Part shown: piece after piece, positions 48,800-57,765 of the stretch | Numbering within the stretch: the stretch's first letter is position 1 | Layout: every line of letters begins with the position of its first letter | Origin: Patescibacteria group bacterium | GTDB lineage: Bacteria > Patescibacteriota > Microgenomatia > UBA1400 > PJMF01 | Length of the DNA stretch: 64,000 bases | Assembly (NCBI GenBank): GCA_041747555.1 | Contig: JBGTEY010000013.1 | Location: 208,814 to 272,813, forward strand | Reading direction: 5' to 3' | Translations under genes and position numbers: made by a program | Notes under the pieces: model-generated | Seen by the model: only the letters and a program-made list of their open reading frames with translations | Databases searched by the model: none | Told to the model about the DNA's origin: nothing

Positions 48800-50653
48800 T
48801 TACTGTGAAATTCTCATCACCTGATACATTCCACGGTCAGAAAAACCTTTTTTTCTATAGTAAGGTCGTGTACCAACCGCAGAAATAACTGCCAACTCAG
48901 AAAATCCTTCACTTGAGGATAGTTCCGTTGCTCGGGCAATCAACTGCGTTCCATATCCTTGATGCTGAGACGCCGAACTTTTTTCTTTCCCAATTTCCAC
49001 AACGGTTCCATAAACATGGATCTCTCTAATTACGGCTGCTTTCTTTAAATCTTCCATAAACGATTCTTTAGTTGGCAAGCTCAAGCGCAAAAACGCCAAT
49101 AGTTTCTCTTCTCCTGTTGAGGAAGGTGCAACGAACTGCAAAAAAACCTCAGTGCTCGTTGATGTCTGGTATCGAATCTCATCCAATCTGACTTGAGTCT
49201 CGTCCACCACCTCATTTCGCACTTCACGCGCTCTGATATCCCTAATTACTCCACCTGATTTTTTGATCTGCTCTGTAACTATCTGGCGAAAGTTAGTCAA
49301 GGTATTTCCAACCACAATATCAGGTGAAGGTATGTCTCTAATCACCCGCGTAAGTCTGCAGTACTCTGGTGTGAAAAGCATGGAATGTACAAGAACTTCA
49401 GCAAGTTCAGTTTTTGTGTACGGTTTCCACTTACCTTGTTTGTAGTACTGCATTAATTCTGCACTTTGAATTAATGAACAGGGGTATATTTTTAGCTCAT
49501 CAGGTCTAAAATCAGGATCGGTGAATAAAAGCTCAAAATCCTTCTTGTCCGCTTCCACACTCGATCCGTGCAAATTTGCCATCCAGTGCGCATGAATTTT
49601 AAACCCTGCCTGACGAAGTAACCCAATCGCATGCCTTGATGCCGCAACGTCATGCCCGCGATTATTTTTTATTAATACAGAATCCTGCAGGCTCTGCAAA
49701 CCTATCTGAGTCTTTGTGCAACCAAGGCGTCGAATTCGTTTAACCTCAGCCATAGAAATATTATCTGGGCGTGTCTCGATCACCAGTCCAACGCTTCGAC
49801 ACGCTGCTGTTTCATTTCTGAGCTGTTCATACTCCAGCTCCTCCCAAGTCGCGCTCTGATACGCATCAAACCCACCCTTTTTCTCTGGAGCCACATACAT
49901 TTTTGAAACAACTTGATTATAGGTCTCACTCAGGTGTTCACCATCAATTTCTTTTCCTGCAGTTACTGATTTATTATGCAAAGGATCTGAAGTTGGAGCA
50001 TGCTCTTTTTTTTCTAAAAGTGATCGCTGCATCGACTCATAGTGGTCAAGCACTGCTTGCCGGCCATCCACCGTTCCAAAGTCATTGAGTGCGCGAAAGC
50101 ATTCTTTTATAAACCAAATTTGATATTTTTCAGGATAATATGACCATGTTCCGCCCAAAATAATTAGTTCAGTTTTTTCCACAATGTGACCAATATTCTC
50201 GAGCGCTTGGAGTCGATTGTAGGTCTGCAAGTACGGATCAAACCAATTTCTTTCTGCCCGTTGGGCACCCGGCTCATCAGATAAATAGCTTTTGGGCATC
50301 CGCACATCATTGGGACAAAAAATGCATTTTCCAGGACAAGGGAATGGCTTAGTAAGCACGGTCACTGGCGAAACTCCAGACATTGTACGAACAGGCTTCA
50401 TCTTGAGCTTGGCAATCATGGCACGGTCAAATTTTTTCAGTCCATGATCTCCCGCCAAATGCTTATAAGCAAAAATAAGCTGGTCTTTGGCAAACACACC
50501 ACCTTCAGGCTTGGCAAATTTTTTAGCCATTTTCTGATAGACTTTGGTGCTCAAATTGTCTGCTTTTTCTATAGCTTTCAAAAAGGGAACCAATTGCTCA
50601 AGATAGCGAGTATAATCAAAGGACTGCATAGAATCAGATATTATACGGGACAA
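48800..50653 (-). CDS. Elp3-like protein: radical SAM domain + C-terminal GNAT acetyltransferase domain (tRNA wobble-uridine modification enzyme family)
   Basis: Radical-SAM cluster motif CPGKCIFCPN (C-x3-C-x2-C, as CPG+C+FCP in Elp3). A large about 380-aa radical-SAM/Elp3 core. C-terminal HQGYGTQLIARATELS..GTRPYYRKKGF GNAT motif A. 617 aa. Confidence 0.75.
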   Translation of the reverse strand: MSRIISDSMQSFDYTRYLEQLVPFLKAIEKADNLSTKVYQKMAKKFAKPEGGVFAKDQLIFAYKHLAGDHGLKKFDRAMIAKLKMKPVRTMSGVSPVTVLTKPFPCPGKCIFCPNDVRMPKSYLSDEPGAQRAERNWFDPYLQTYNRLQALENIGHIVEKTELIILGGTWSYYPEKYQIWFIKECFRALNDFGTVDGRQAVLDHYESMQRSLLEKKEHAPTSDPLHNKSVTAGKEIDGEHLSETYNQVVSKMYVAPEKKGGFDAYQSATWEELEYEQLRNETAACRSVGLVIETRPDNISMAEVKRIRRLGCTKTQIGLQSLQDSVLIKNNRGHDVAASRHAIGLLRQAGFKIHAHWMANLHGSSVEADKKDFELLFTDPDFRPDELKIYPCSLIQSAELMQYYKQGKWKPYTKTELAEVLVHSMLFTPEYCRLTRVIRDIPSPDIVVGNTLTNFRQIVTEQIKKSGGVIRDIRAREVRNEVVDETQVRLDEIRYQTSTSTEVFLQFVAPSSTGEEKLLAFLRLSLPTKESFMEDLKKAAVIREIHVYGTVVEIGKEKSSASQHQGYGTQLIARATELSSSEGFSELAVISAVGTRPYYRKKGFSDRGMYQVMRISQ

Positions 50654-51402
50654 TGCAAAAAAGCACGATCGCCAGGCTAAATCAGCTCAATCATGATTTT
50701 TACAATCAAACTGCTTCGTACTTTGCCCGGAGTCGCGAGTTTTATTGGCAGGGGTGGTTACGGCTAGAACCATATTTCAGGAGACATGAAAACCTCTCTG
50801 TTTTAGACGTTGGCTGTGGAAGCGGCCGATTCGCCGAGTTTCTCTATGATGCATTTCCAAAAGCTCAGATCGAGTATCACGGCATCGACCAAAATGCCGA
50901 ACTCCTCAAAATAGCCACCGAAAAACTCAAGCCACTCCAAGGATTGCACGGTACGGTTACTCAAATTGATCTGGTTTCTCAACTCATTGATGAAAAACCA
51001 CTGTTACCTCAAGGCCAATACGACATAATCGTACTGATGGGCGTTTTGCACCACATGCCCTCAGAAAAATTACGTAGATCTCTCATAGAAAGTGTCATTC
51101 CACGCCTTGCACCGCAAGGATTTTTATTCATGAGTTTTTGGCAACCTCACCGATTTAGCCGATATACATCAAAACTGATTTCACCAGAATCGTTGCAGAT
51201 AAATCCCAACGAACTTGAACCTGGCGATTGTTTTTTGCCCTGGGACAGGGGAGAGCATGCAGTTCGCTACGTACATAGCTCAAGTGACGCTGAGATCACA
51301 ACTCTTACCAAGGACCTCAACCTAACACTCAAAGCAGAGTTCAGGGCAGACGGTAGAAGCCAGCGAGAAAATCAATATATTTTGCTCCAAAACAAGGTCT
51401 GA
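50653..51402 (+). CDS. class I SAM-dependent methyltransferase, Trm9/ALKBH8-MTase-like
   Basis: Motif I VLDVGCGSGRFAEFL. VLMGVLHHMPSEKLRRSLIESVIPRLAPQGFLFMSFW parallels the Trm9 signature (IHHFAT..R.....I.R.L.PGG..LIYVW). Divergently adjacent to the Elp3-like gene. Confidence 0.5.
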   Translation: MQKSTIARLNQLNHDFYNQTASYFARSREFYWQGWLRLEPYFRRHENLSVLDVGCGSGRFAEFLYDAFPKAQIEYHGIDQNAELLKIATEKLKPLQGLHGTVTQIDLVSQLIDEKPLLPQGQYDIIVLMGVLHHMPSEKLRRSLIESVIPRLAPQGFLFMSFWQPHRFSRYTSKLISPESLQINPNELEPGDCFLPWDRGEHAVRYVHSSSDAEITTLTKDLNLTLKAEFRADGRSQRENQYILLQNKV

Positions 51403-51434
51403 AAGAGTAGCAAAAAGGAAGTATAATCTCTATT

Positions 51435-51962
51435 ATGCGTCAATATGTATCCATGCTCCTTGTAATAGTTGCAGTACTTGGCCTCGCTGATGCGAGCTAT
51501 CTGACCTACGAGAAGTTCGCTGGAGTTATTCCAGCATGTGGCGATGGTTTTGATTGCGGCACCGTTGTGAATAGTCAGTATGGTTCCGTCGGACCAATCC
51601 CACTTTCAGTCCTTGGCATGTTCTACTACGCCAGCGTCTTGGCAGTTGCGGTGATGTTCATGACAGAGGTAAGTCCCTGGTCAGTTCTTTCAAAAGTATC
51701 GTTTATCAAATCACTTTCAAAATCACATCAAAAAATACTCAAGGAGCTTCAAATTGAAGATCTTTTGGTGGCTCTCACCTCTATTGGGATGGTCGTTTCA
51801 GCAATTCTCATTGGTTTAATGGCGTTTGTCATTGAATCTTGGTGCTCATTTTGCTTACTCTCAGCAGCAAGTAGCACCACATTATTTTTGATCAGTCTTT
51901 ACGCACTGCACAAAAATCGTGAAAACTCACTTTTCTTCAATTTTTTAGATCGTGGAAACTAA
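51435..51962 (+). CDS. vitamin K epoxide reductase (VKOR) family protein
   Basis: Loop cysteines ACGDGFDCG and active-site CSFC at the start of the last TM helix. 4-5 TM helices. 175 aa. Confidence 0.7.
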   Translation: MRQYVSMLLVIVAVLGLADASYLTYEKFAGVIPACGDGFDCGTVVNSQYGSVGPIPLSVLGMFYYASVLAVAVMFMTEVSPWSVLSKVSFIKSLSKSHQKILKELQIEDLLVALTSIGMVVSAILIGLMAFVIESWCSFCLLSAASSTTLFLISLYALHKNRENSLFFNFLDRGN

Positions 51963-52492
51963 ATTATCCATCGCTCAATTGCGGCACCGATTGAGTATGC
52001 AGCAACGGCTGCAATCGCTCCAATCCCAAGCATTTCAATCCCATTTTTCCACCAAGTTCCAGCGGTCAGGATTGTTCTCAAGCTACCAATAACAAACATT
52101 GCAAAACCTGTCGCAATGATTGAAGCCAAAAATTGTGATGATTGTGCTATTGGTGCACCAAATGCAGACGCCAGGTAAGGGAGTAGCGGCAGCGTGCCTG
52201 AAATCACAAACGCAATAAATGTAATCAATCCCGTCCTCCACAATCCGTCTAATTGAGAAGATTTTTCCTGCTGTCTTCGAAATCGCTGCTCAGATCGCTC
52301 ACCAAGAAAATCACCAACACCCATGCTGATGCCGTCCGCAATCATATTTGCTATACCCAGGATCAGAACGATTGAAGGGGATAATCCTGCTCCTGCTACC
52401 CCAGCCACGACCGCAAAGGTTGTGATGATACCATCATTTGCACCGTACACCGCGGCTTTCAGAAATTTAGGATTAATCGTTTTGAGATTCAT
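51959..52492 (-). CDS. VIT1/CCC1 family (iron/manganese) transporter
   Basis: AAVYGANDGIITTFAVVAGVAGAGLS is the VIT-family N-terminal signature. 177 aa with 5 TM helices. Confidence 0.7.
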   Translation of the reverse strand: MNLKTINPKFLKAAVYGANDGIITTFAVVAGVAGAGLSPSIVLILGIANMIADGISMGVGDFLGERSEQRFRRQQEKSSQLDGLWRTGLITFIAFVISGTLPLLPYLASAFGAPIAQSSQFLASIIATGFAMFVIGSLRTILTAGTWWKNGIEMLGIGAIAAVAAYSIGAAIERWII

Positions 52493-52518
52493 TCCTCCAT
52501 GCTACCATAGTTTCAGAC

Positions 52519-53106
52519 ATGAAAAAGTTTGTAATTATTGTAGTAATCTTGGCGGTTGGGGTGTTTGCGTATGATTCATTCTCCACAACATCGAGGCCGA
52601 AAAACAATTCTCCAGCGCCATTCGCTACCACTCCGCCCGCGGACTCACCCACGGAAGAGAATTTCTTGCCAGTAAGCACCGAATCTATCGACCTATCTCC
52701 TCAATCAGAATCAGGTACAGCCTCATTCGCAATTTACACCAATAACACCTTTCGAATTTTTACTGCTGAGATGTACCATTTTCAGTCATCAGATGTCTTT
52801 ATTTCACCAGATAATCCAAATCTGGTACACTTTACACGCACAGTTTCTTGGGAAGAATTTTTCGAGACACTTCCATTTTCTGTCTCGCAAACTTGCCTCA
52901 TTACCGGCACCAAACAAGAATTTTGCAACACAGATACATCAAAATTATTTTTCTACATAAACGGCAAAGAAACTCCCAATGCCTTGAGTCAAACCATCAA
53001 TCCACAGGACTCACTCCTCATCACCTACGGCAACTCAGAGCGAATAGATTTAGACCTCCAGCTCACCCGTTCATCGTTTTTAAACACATCGCAACCAGAC
53101 AATTGA
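52519..53106 (+). CDS. hypothetical secreted/membrane-anchored protein
   Basis: N-terminal signal/TM helix (MKKFVIIVVILAVGVFAY). No other motif. Confidence 0.3.
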   Translation: MKKFVIIVVILAVGVFAYDSFSTTSRPKNNSPAPFATTPPADSPTEENFLPVSTESIDLSPQSESGTASFAIYTNNTFRIFTAEMYHFQSSDVFISPDNPNLVHFTRTVSWEEFFETLPFSVSQTCLITGTKQEFCNTDTSKLFFYINGKETPNALSQTINPQDSLLITYGNSERIDLDLQLTRSSFLNTSQPDN

Positions 53107-53184
53107 GGCATTGCTCTTGGTTTGATACAATAGGCTACTCAATCTGTGTAAAAATGATCTGAAAAAATACAGACTGAAACCAGT

Positions 53185-53256
53185 TGCCCGATCGTCTAAT
53201 GGCAGGACAGCGGCCTTTGAAGCCGTCAATCTTGGTTCGAATCCAAGTCGGGCATC
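53185..53256 (+). tRNA. tRNA-Gln (anticodon TTG)
   Basis: TGCCCGATCGTCTAATGGCAGGACAGCGGCCTTTGAAGCCGTCAATCTTGGTTCGAATCCAAGTCGGGCA. Anticodon stem GCGGC/GCCGT, loop CTTTGAA, U1:A72 pair as in bacterial tRNA-Gln. Ends are approximate (plus or minus 2). Confidence 0.7.
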
Positions 53257-53351
53257 AGTAAAAATAGTATATTGCATCAATCTTTTTTTCATACTTTTTT
53301 CACAATTAATACCCCCCCCTGGATGCAGCTCAGACTTGCTATAATACAATT

Positions 53352-53768
53352 ATGAATGTAAAAAACGAAAAGATTCTTTTTATTTGCAGGGGCAATGTTG
53401 GTCGAAGTCAAATGGCTGAAGGCTTCTGGAAGCAGTGGTTTGGGGAAGACACAGCAACTAGTGCTGGCACTGAAGATGTTGGCGCAGATTATAATTTTCA
53501 TCCCAGAGAAGATATTGTTCTAGCAATGAAAGAAAAGGGGATTGATATTTCTACCCAAAAAATAAAACTGTTAGCTAAAGACATGCTTCAAGATATAGCT
53601 ACAGTTGTTGTTTTCTGTGAAAAGCAGTTACTCCCTGATTTTCTACTTTCTAGCGAAATAAATATTGTTTACAGGCCAGTTCCAGATCCATATGAAAGTA
53701 ATATGGATGGCGTTAGACAAATAAGAGATGAAATTGAGTCACAATTGCTTGAGCTTGAAAAGTTGTAA
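53352..53768 (+). CDS. low-molecular-weight phosphatase family protein (LMW-PTP/ArsC-like)
   Basis: KILFICRGNVGRSQMAEGFWK has the P-loop C-X5-R (CRGNVGRS), similar to the ArsC/LMW-PTP ICTGNSCRSQMAEGW. An extended -10 TGCTATAAT ends 6 nt before the ATG. Confidence 0.6.
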   Translation: MNVKNEKILFICRGNVGRSQMAEGFWKQWFGEDTATSAGTEDVGADYNFHPREDIVLAMKEKGIDISTQKIKLLAKDMLQDIATVVVFCEKQLLPDFLLSSEINIVYRPVPDPYESNMDGVRQIRDEIESQLLELEKL

Positions 53769-53880
53769 GGTCTCACAAGGTGAAACCGCCCCATCACTCA
53801 TTTAACTACAGAGATTTTGTTTCTAACTCTATTCTTATTACTCAATTCAGTAAATCTGTCGACCTGCTATAATTTGATCA

Positions 53881-54756
53881 ATGACAATTCCCAAAAAAAC
53901 CCTAAAAAACGGATTCTCAATACCAATTTTCGGCCTTGGCACCTGGGGAATGGGTGGATTGAGACACAGAGACGAACAAAATGATGATTCAGCCGATGTT
54001 GAGGCTATCAAAACTGCAATCAAAGCTGGCATCACACACATCGACACAGCAGAGTCATATGCCGATGGTCATTCTGAGATACTAATCAATCAAGCTATCT
54101 CAGATTTTGATCGGTCCACACTTTTTATGGTTTCCAAAGTATCACCTTATAATCAAGGCTTTTCTCAACTTAAAAAATCCTTGAAAGGCTCACTTTCTAG
54201 AATGGGCTTAGACTATTTGCATCTGTATTTACTACATCAACCGAGTGAAGATTTTTCTATTGAAGAAACAATGAGAGCAATGGATGAACTTAAGGATGAA
54301 GGATTGATTAGAAATATTGGTGTAAGCAATTTCACGGTTAATCAAATGAAAAAAGCTCAAAAAGCAACCAAGCATACGATTGTAGTTAATCAGGTTCATT
54401 ACAATCTGATGGTTCGAGAGGTTGAGGATAAAGGAATTTTAAAGTACTGCCAGCAAAACGATGTTATTCTAATGAGCTGGAGACCTCTGCAAATGGGGGA
54501 GATACTCACTTTGGGTGATTCTATTCTTAAAAAAATGGCACAAAAGTACAAAAAAACACCCGCCCAAATTGCACTTAATTGGCTTACTTCTCAAAAAAAT
54601 GTGGTGGTGATTTCAAAAATGAGAAATCCAGACCATTTAGAAGAAAATTTGAATTCAGTGGGGTGGGAAATGGAAGAAGAGGATATAGACTATTTGAGAA
54701 AAGAATTCCCCAAACAAGTGAAAGTGTCGGAAGTTATACCGTTGAAAGAATGGTAG
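53881..54756 (+). CDS. aldo/keto reductase
   Basis: IPIFGLGTWGMGG N-terminal motif, catalytic tetrad region, 291 aa, typical AKR spacing (LDYLHLYLLHQP). Confidence 0.85.
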   Translation: MTIPKKTLKNGFSIPIFGLGTWGMGGLRHRDEQNDDSADVEAIKTAIKAGITHIDTAESYADGHSEILINQAISDFDRSTLFMVSKVSPYNQGFSQLKKSLKGSLSRMGLDYLHLYLLHQPSEDFSIEETMRAMDELKDEGLIRNIGVSNFTVNQMKKAQKATKHTIVVNQVHYNLMVREVEDKGILKYCQQNDVILMSWRPLQMGEILTLGDSILKKMAQKYKKTPAQIALNWLTSQKNVVVISKMRNPDHLEENLNSVGWEMEEEDIDYLRKEFPKQVKVSEVIPLKEW

Positions 54757-55295
54757 TGATGACAAACAAACTAAACTCTTCCCTCGACGTTGCTGTAGTT
54801 TTCTTTCTCATTTGCGGAGGTGCATATTTTCTATACTATATATTAAAAACAAACAACGGCACTTATTTACTCCTAACTTTTTTAGTCTACATACTCAGTT
54901 TTTTAGTAAGAAAATTTATTACTAAAAATAAAAACAAACAAAAATTTAGCGAACTAGGAATCTGCTTTATTTCACTGCTCTTTACAGCTTATACAGTATA
55001 TTTCACTGGCTTTGACAATAATATAGCTACTTATCTCCCAGAAAATATTCTGGCTGGATCGGGGGTAGCATTCATATTTTTATTTTTAGTACAATTGCTG
55101 CGTCCAAAAAAGAATTCAATACATGTAGCACCCATACTTATTCTTTTTGCAGTACTTATTTTTTTTAAGGGAGTAATAGATTCACTATTCATTACTTACC
55201 CATACCTAAGCACACTTATTATTGGAGCACCGTATCTTTACATTATTTCGATCTTGGTTGGGTATCCAGAGCATGAAAAATCCTTAGCGGCATAG
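54750..55295 (+). CDS. hypothetical polytopic membrane protein
   Basis: Starts at MVVMTNKL overlapping the AKR stop. About 6 hydrophobic helices. The upstream part of ORF-track 54579 is in the AKR gene and is rejected. Confidence 0.35.
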   Translation: MVVMTNKLNSSLDVAVVFFLICGGAYFLYYILKTNNGTYLLLTFLVYILSFLVRKFITKNKNKQKFSELGICFISLLFTAYTVYFTGFDNNIATYLPENILAGSGVAFIFLFLVQLLRPKKNSIHVAPILILFAVLIFFKGVIDSLFITYPYLSTLIIGAPYLYIISILVGYPEHEKSLAA

Positions 55296-55362
55296 TGCAA
55301 CACATTGTCGCATCTGCAACTGCATTACTATTGGTGAAAATTCCTTATTCATATGTGAAGAA

Positions 55363-56067
55363 TTATATAGCATTCTTCGACGACCGACTCCGCTTCAAAT
55401 AGGGCTTCAACTCCCGCCACCCTTGTTGTTTGCTACTGTCGATGAGCAAATGTGCCGCACCACCAAGTACTTGCAACGTTGCACTAATTTGATTGGTGAT
55501 TTCTGGACCAGGATTTTCCTCTACAAGAAGCCGCTCCATGATCTTTTTTGGCGTAAATTTAGATATTAGCCGAACCTCTTGTGGATCAATCGAAATACTT
55601 GTCAACGTATCCAATTCACCAGCGCTCATTTCGTTTGATGAAAGTAAATCTGGTAATTGGTGCTTTTCTGGGTGGGTAATATGTTGAATTAATCCAAGTT
55701 GAAGTACGGCCTTTTGGAATGGGACTGTTTCTGGGGGAGTGTAGTAGCGAATGCTTGATAAGCGAGTTGCACTATAGTCATCAGGATCAACTAGAACTCC
55801 AATTAAATTTGTAACTGACGGCCTCAGCGATCTGTCTGCTAGCATAAACTCAGGATCAACAAAATAGAGCTCAAACGCATAACCCCCACCATCTTTAGGC
55901 ACTTTCTCAATGAAAAAAGAGTGGGGATGACTCAACTTTTTTCGCTTTTCTAGATCTGGTTCACCATTTGGTTTTACGTACGTTTGACCAGCTTGATGGA
56001 TATAATAGTAGCTAGTTTCTTCCCGCTTAGAAAAAAAGACTCTAGCGCGGTACCGATCGTTTTCCAC
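55363..56067 (-). CDS. hypothetical protein
   Basis: 234 aa, soluble. Overlaps the next ORF (different frame) by about 94 nt. Confidence 0.3.
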   Translation of the reverse strand: MENDRYRARVFFSKREETSYYYIHQAGQTYVKPNGEPDLEKRKKLSHPHSFFIEKVPKDGGGYAFELYFVDPEFMLADRSLRPSVTNLIGVLVDPDDYSATRLSSIRYYTPPETVPFQKAVLQLGLIQHITHPEKHQLPDLLSSNEMSAGELDTLTSISIDPQEVRLISKFTPKKIMERLLVEENPGPEITNQISATLQVLGGAAHLLIDSSKQQGWRELKPYLKRSRSSKNAI

Positions 56068-56579
56068 GCATATTCAGGGAAAAGCAATGAAAGAATTTCG
56101 TGTTTGTTTTTTAATTGGCTGATTTCTGCAGAAACGGTCTGCCGTTTAATAGGGAGAAGGGGAGCAATATTGTCAATTAAATTCAACAACTGTCCTATCG
56201 TCCGATTGGCTTTTAACTTCCATTGTGCGAGAAAATTAATTTCTCCGTATTCCTCAATAAGCCACTCTAAATCTTCTATTTTAGTTGGGTCAATTTCTCT
56301 CAAAACTTCATCAGGTGTAGTTGATTGAATGCGCTCACTTGCTACCTCTAACTTCACATTATGCGCAAGATTATAAAATTGACTGAGAAATGATTGAAAT
56401 CCAAGAGCTTCTATACCTGCATCAGGCCCCAACTCCTGACCTTGCTTAAAAGCATCTTCTGCCCACTCCATTGAGTCTGACTGAGCGTCTACGCTATAAT
56501 CTGATGATTCATGTTGTGCAGCTTGTGCAACCATGCCAATAGTATAGACTATTTTCTTGGTATTTTTCTGGTGTTTCAA
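55974..56579 (-). CDS. hypothetical protein
   Basis: 201 aa, soluble, acidic. Overlaps the downstream ORF. May be one frameshifted gene together with 55363-56067. Confidence 0.3.
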   Translation of the reverse strand: MKHQKNTKKIVYTIGMVAQAAQHESSDYSVDAQSDSMEWAEDAFKQGQELGPDAGIEALGFQSFLSQFYNLAHNVKLEVASERIQSTTPDEVLREIDPTKIEDLEWLIEEYGEINFLAQWKLKANRTIGQLLNLIDNIAPLLPIKRQTVSAEISQLKNKHEILSLLFPEYAWKTIGTALESFFLSGKKLATIISIKLVKRT

Positions 56580-56737
56580 CCTTTATTAAAAATATCCTTA
56601 AGGTAATTTTTGGGGAAATACGCGTGCAGTTAAGTATTACAAAAATAATGATTTTTATGAGATGGGAATAGAATTAGAGAAAGATTTATAAGTTAATCTT
56701 TGCTATAATCCTATCAATACAACTTTCCAAAGGTACT

Positions 56738-57460
56738 ATGTTCACTACACACTCTTCACAAGGATTCGGCACAATCGCCATCGTACTTGTTGTAACTGCA
56801 CTCCTCGTGCTTGGTGGGGGAGCATATTATTTTATGGAACAAGAACAGTCTGGGACGACTGAAGTACTACCTCAAATCGATACTACTCCGGGGGCAAACT
56901 CAGAAATGGATTCAAATTCTGCAACCGGCACATCACCTGAAAATTTAGCAGCACTCTTTGCAACAACTGATTCCGTAACATGTACATACGCCGATACAAT
57001 TGATGGTCAACAAAGCACCGGTGAAGTGTACATTTCTGGGGAAAACATGAGAGGTACATTCACTATAGACATTGATTCAGAAACCACCACCAACCACATC
57101 ATAAGAAATGGAAATACCGGATACGTATGGACGTCAGACTCTAGTGACGGATTCATGATGGAAATCCAAGATCCAGAAGAGTTACTGGAGGCCTACACCA
57201 AAAACACAGAATCCTCAACTGGTTCAGACACTCCAGGAGAATCCACTGCCGATATCACCTGTGAAGCCTGGGATGAAGATCCACGCATGTTTGTCCCTCC
57301 TACTAACGTCAACTTTGTTTCAGTCACCCAACAGATGGAGCAGTTGCAAACGATTACTGGCGAAGCAGAAGATGGGTCAAATCAAGACCTCTGCCAGAGC
57401 TGCGCACAAATCCCCGATGCAGCCGCCCAAGCTCAATGTCGTCAAGCACTTGGATGTTAA
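56738..57460 (+). CDS. hypothetical secreted protein (N-terminal anchor, S/T-rich, 6 Cys)
   Basis: TM/signal helix GFGTIAIVLVVTALLVLGGGAYYF. T/S/D-rich. C-terminal cysteine pairs. Confidence 0.3.
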   Translation: MFTTHSSQGFGTIAIVLVVTALLVLGGGAYYFMEQEQSGTTEVLPQIDTTPGANSEMDSNSATGTSPENLAALFATTDSVTCTYADTIDGQQSTGEVYISGENMRGTFTIDIDSETTTNHIIRNGNTGYVWTSDSSDGFMMEIQDPEELLEAYTKNTESSTGSDTPGESTADITCEAWDEDPRMFVPPTNVNFVSVTQQMEQLQTITGEAEDGSNQDLCQSCAQIPDAAAQAQCRQALGC

Positions 57461-57525
57461 CTATCAATAGCACTGAATAAATTGTGTGTGAGGTCATTTA
57501 GGATAAAATTTGTTACACTTCTAGT

Positions 57526-57765
57526 ATGGCTGAACAACTTATCGTGAACGCAACACTAACTTGTCCAACGTGCAATACCGAACAACCCGTGGTGATGCCT
57601 GTAGATGGCTTCCAGCATTTTTATAAGTGTGTAAATTGTGAAGATGAGTTGACACCACTAGAAGAAAAAGATTGTGTTTTTTGCTCGTATGCGGACTCGC
57701 CGTGCCCCATGAAACAGCAGGGGATTACACCTGCAACAGAGTCAACAACACCTACTGCACTGTGA
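57526..57765 (+). CDS. hypothetical small Cys-rich (zinc-ribbon-like) protein
   Basis: 79 aa containing CPTC..CVNC..CVFC..C. Confidence 0.3.
   Translation: MAEQLIVNATLTCPTCNTEQPVVMPVDGFQHFYKCVNCEDELTPLEEKDCVFCSYADSPCPMKQQGITPATESTTPTAL

Noticed and set aside
54579-54749. ORF-track start of the membrane protein at 54579
   Set aside because: The first 57 codons are an alternative frame of the aldo/keto reductase C-terminus. The hydrophobic protein plausibly starts at MVVMT (54750) right at the AKR stop.
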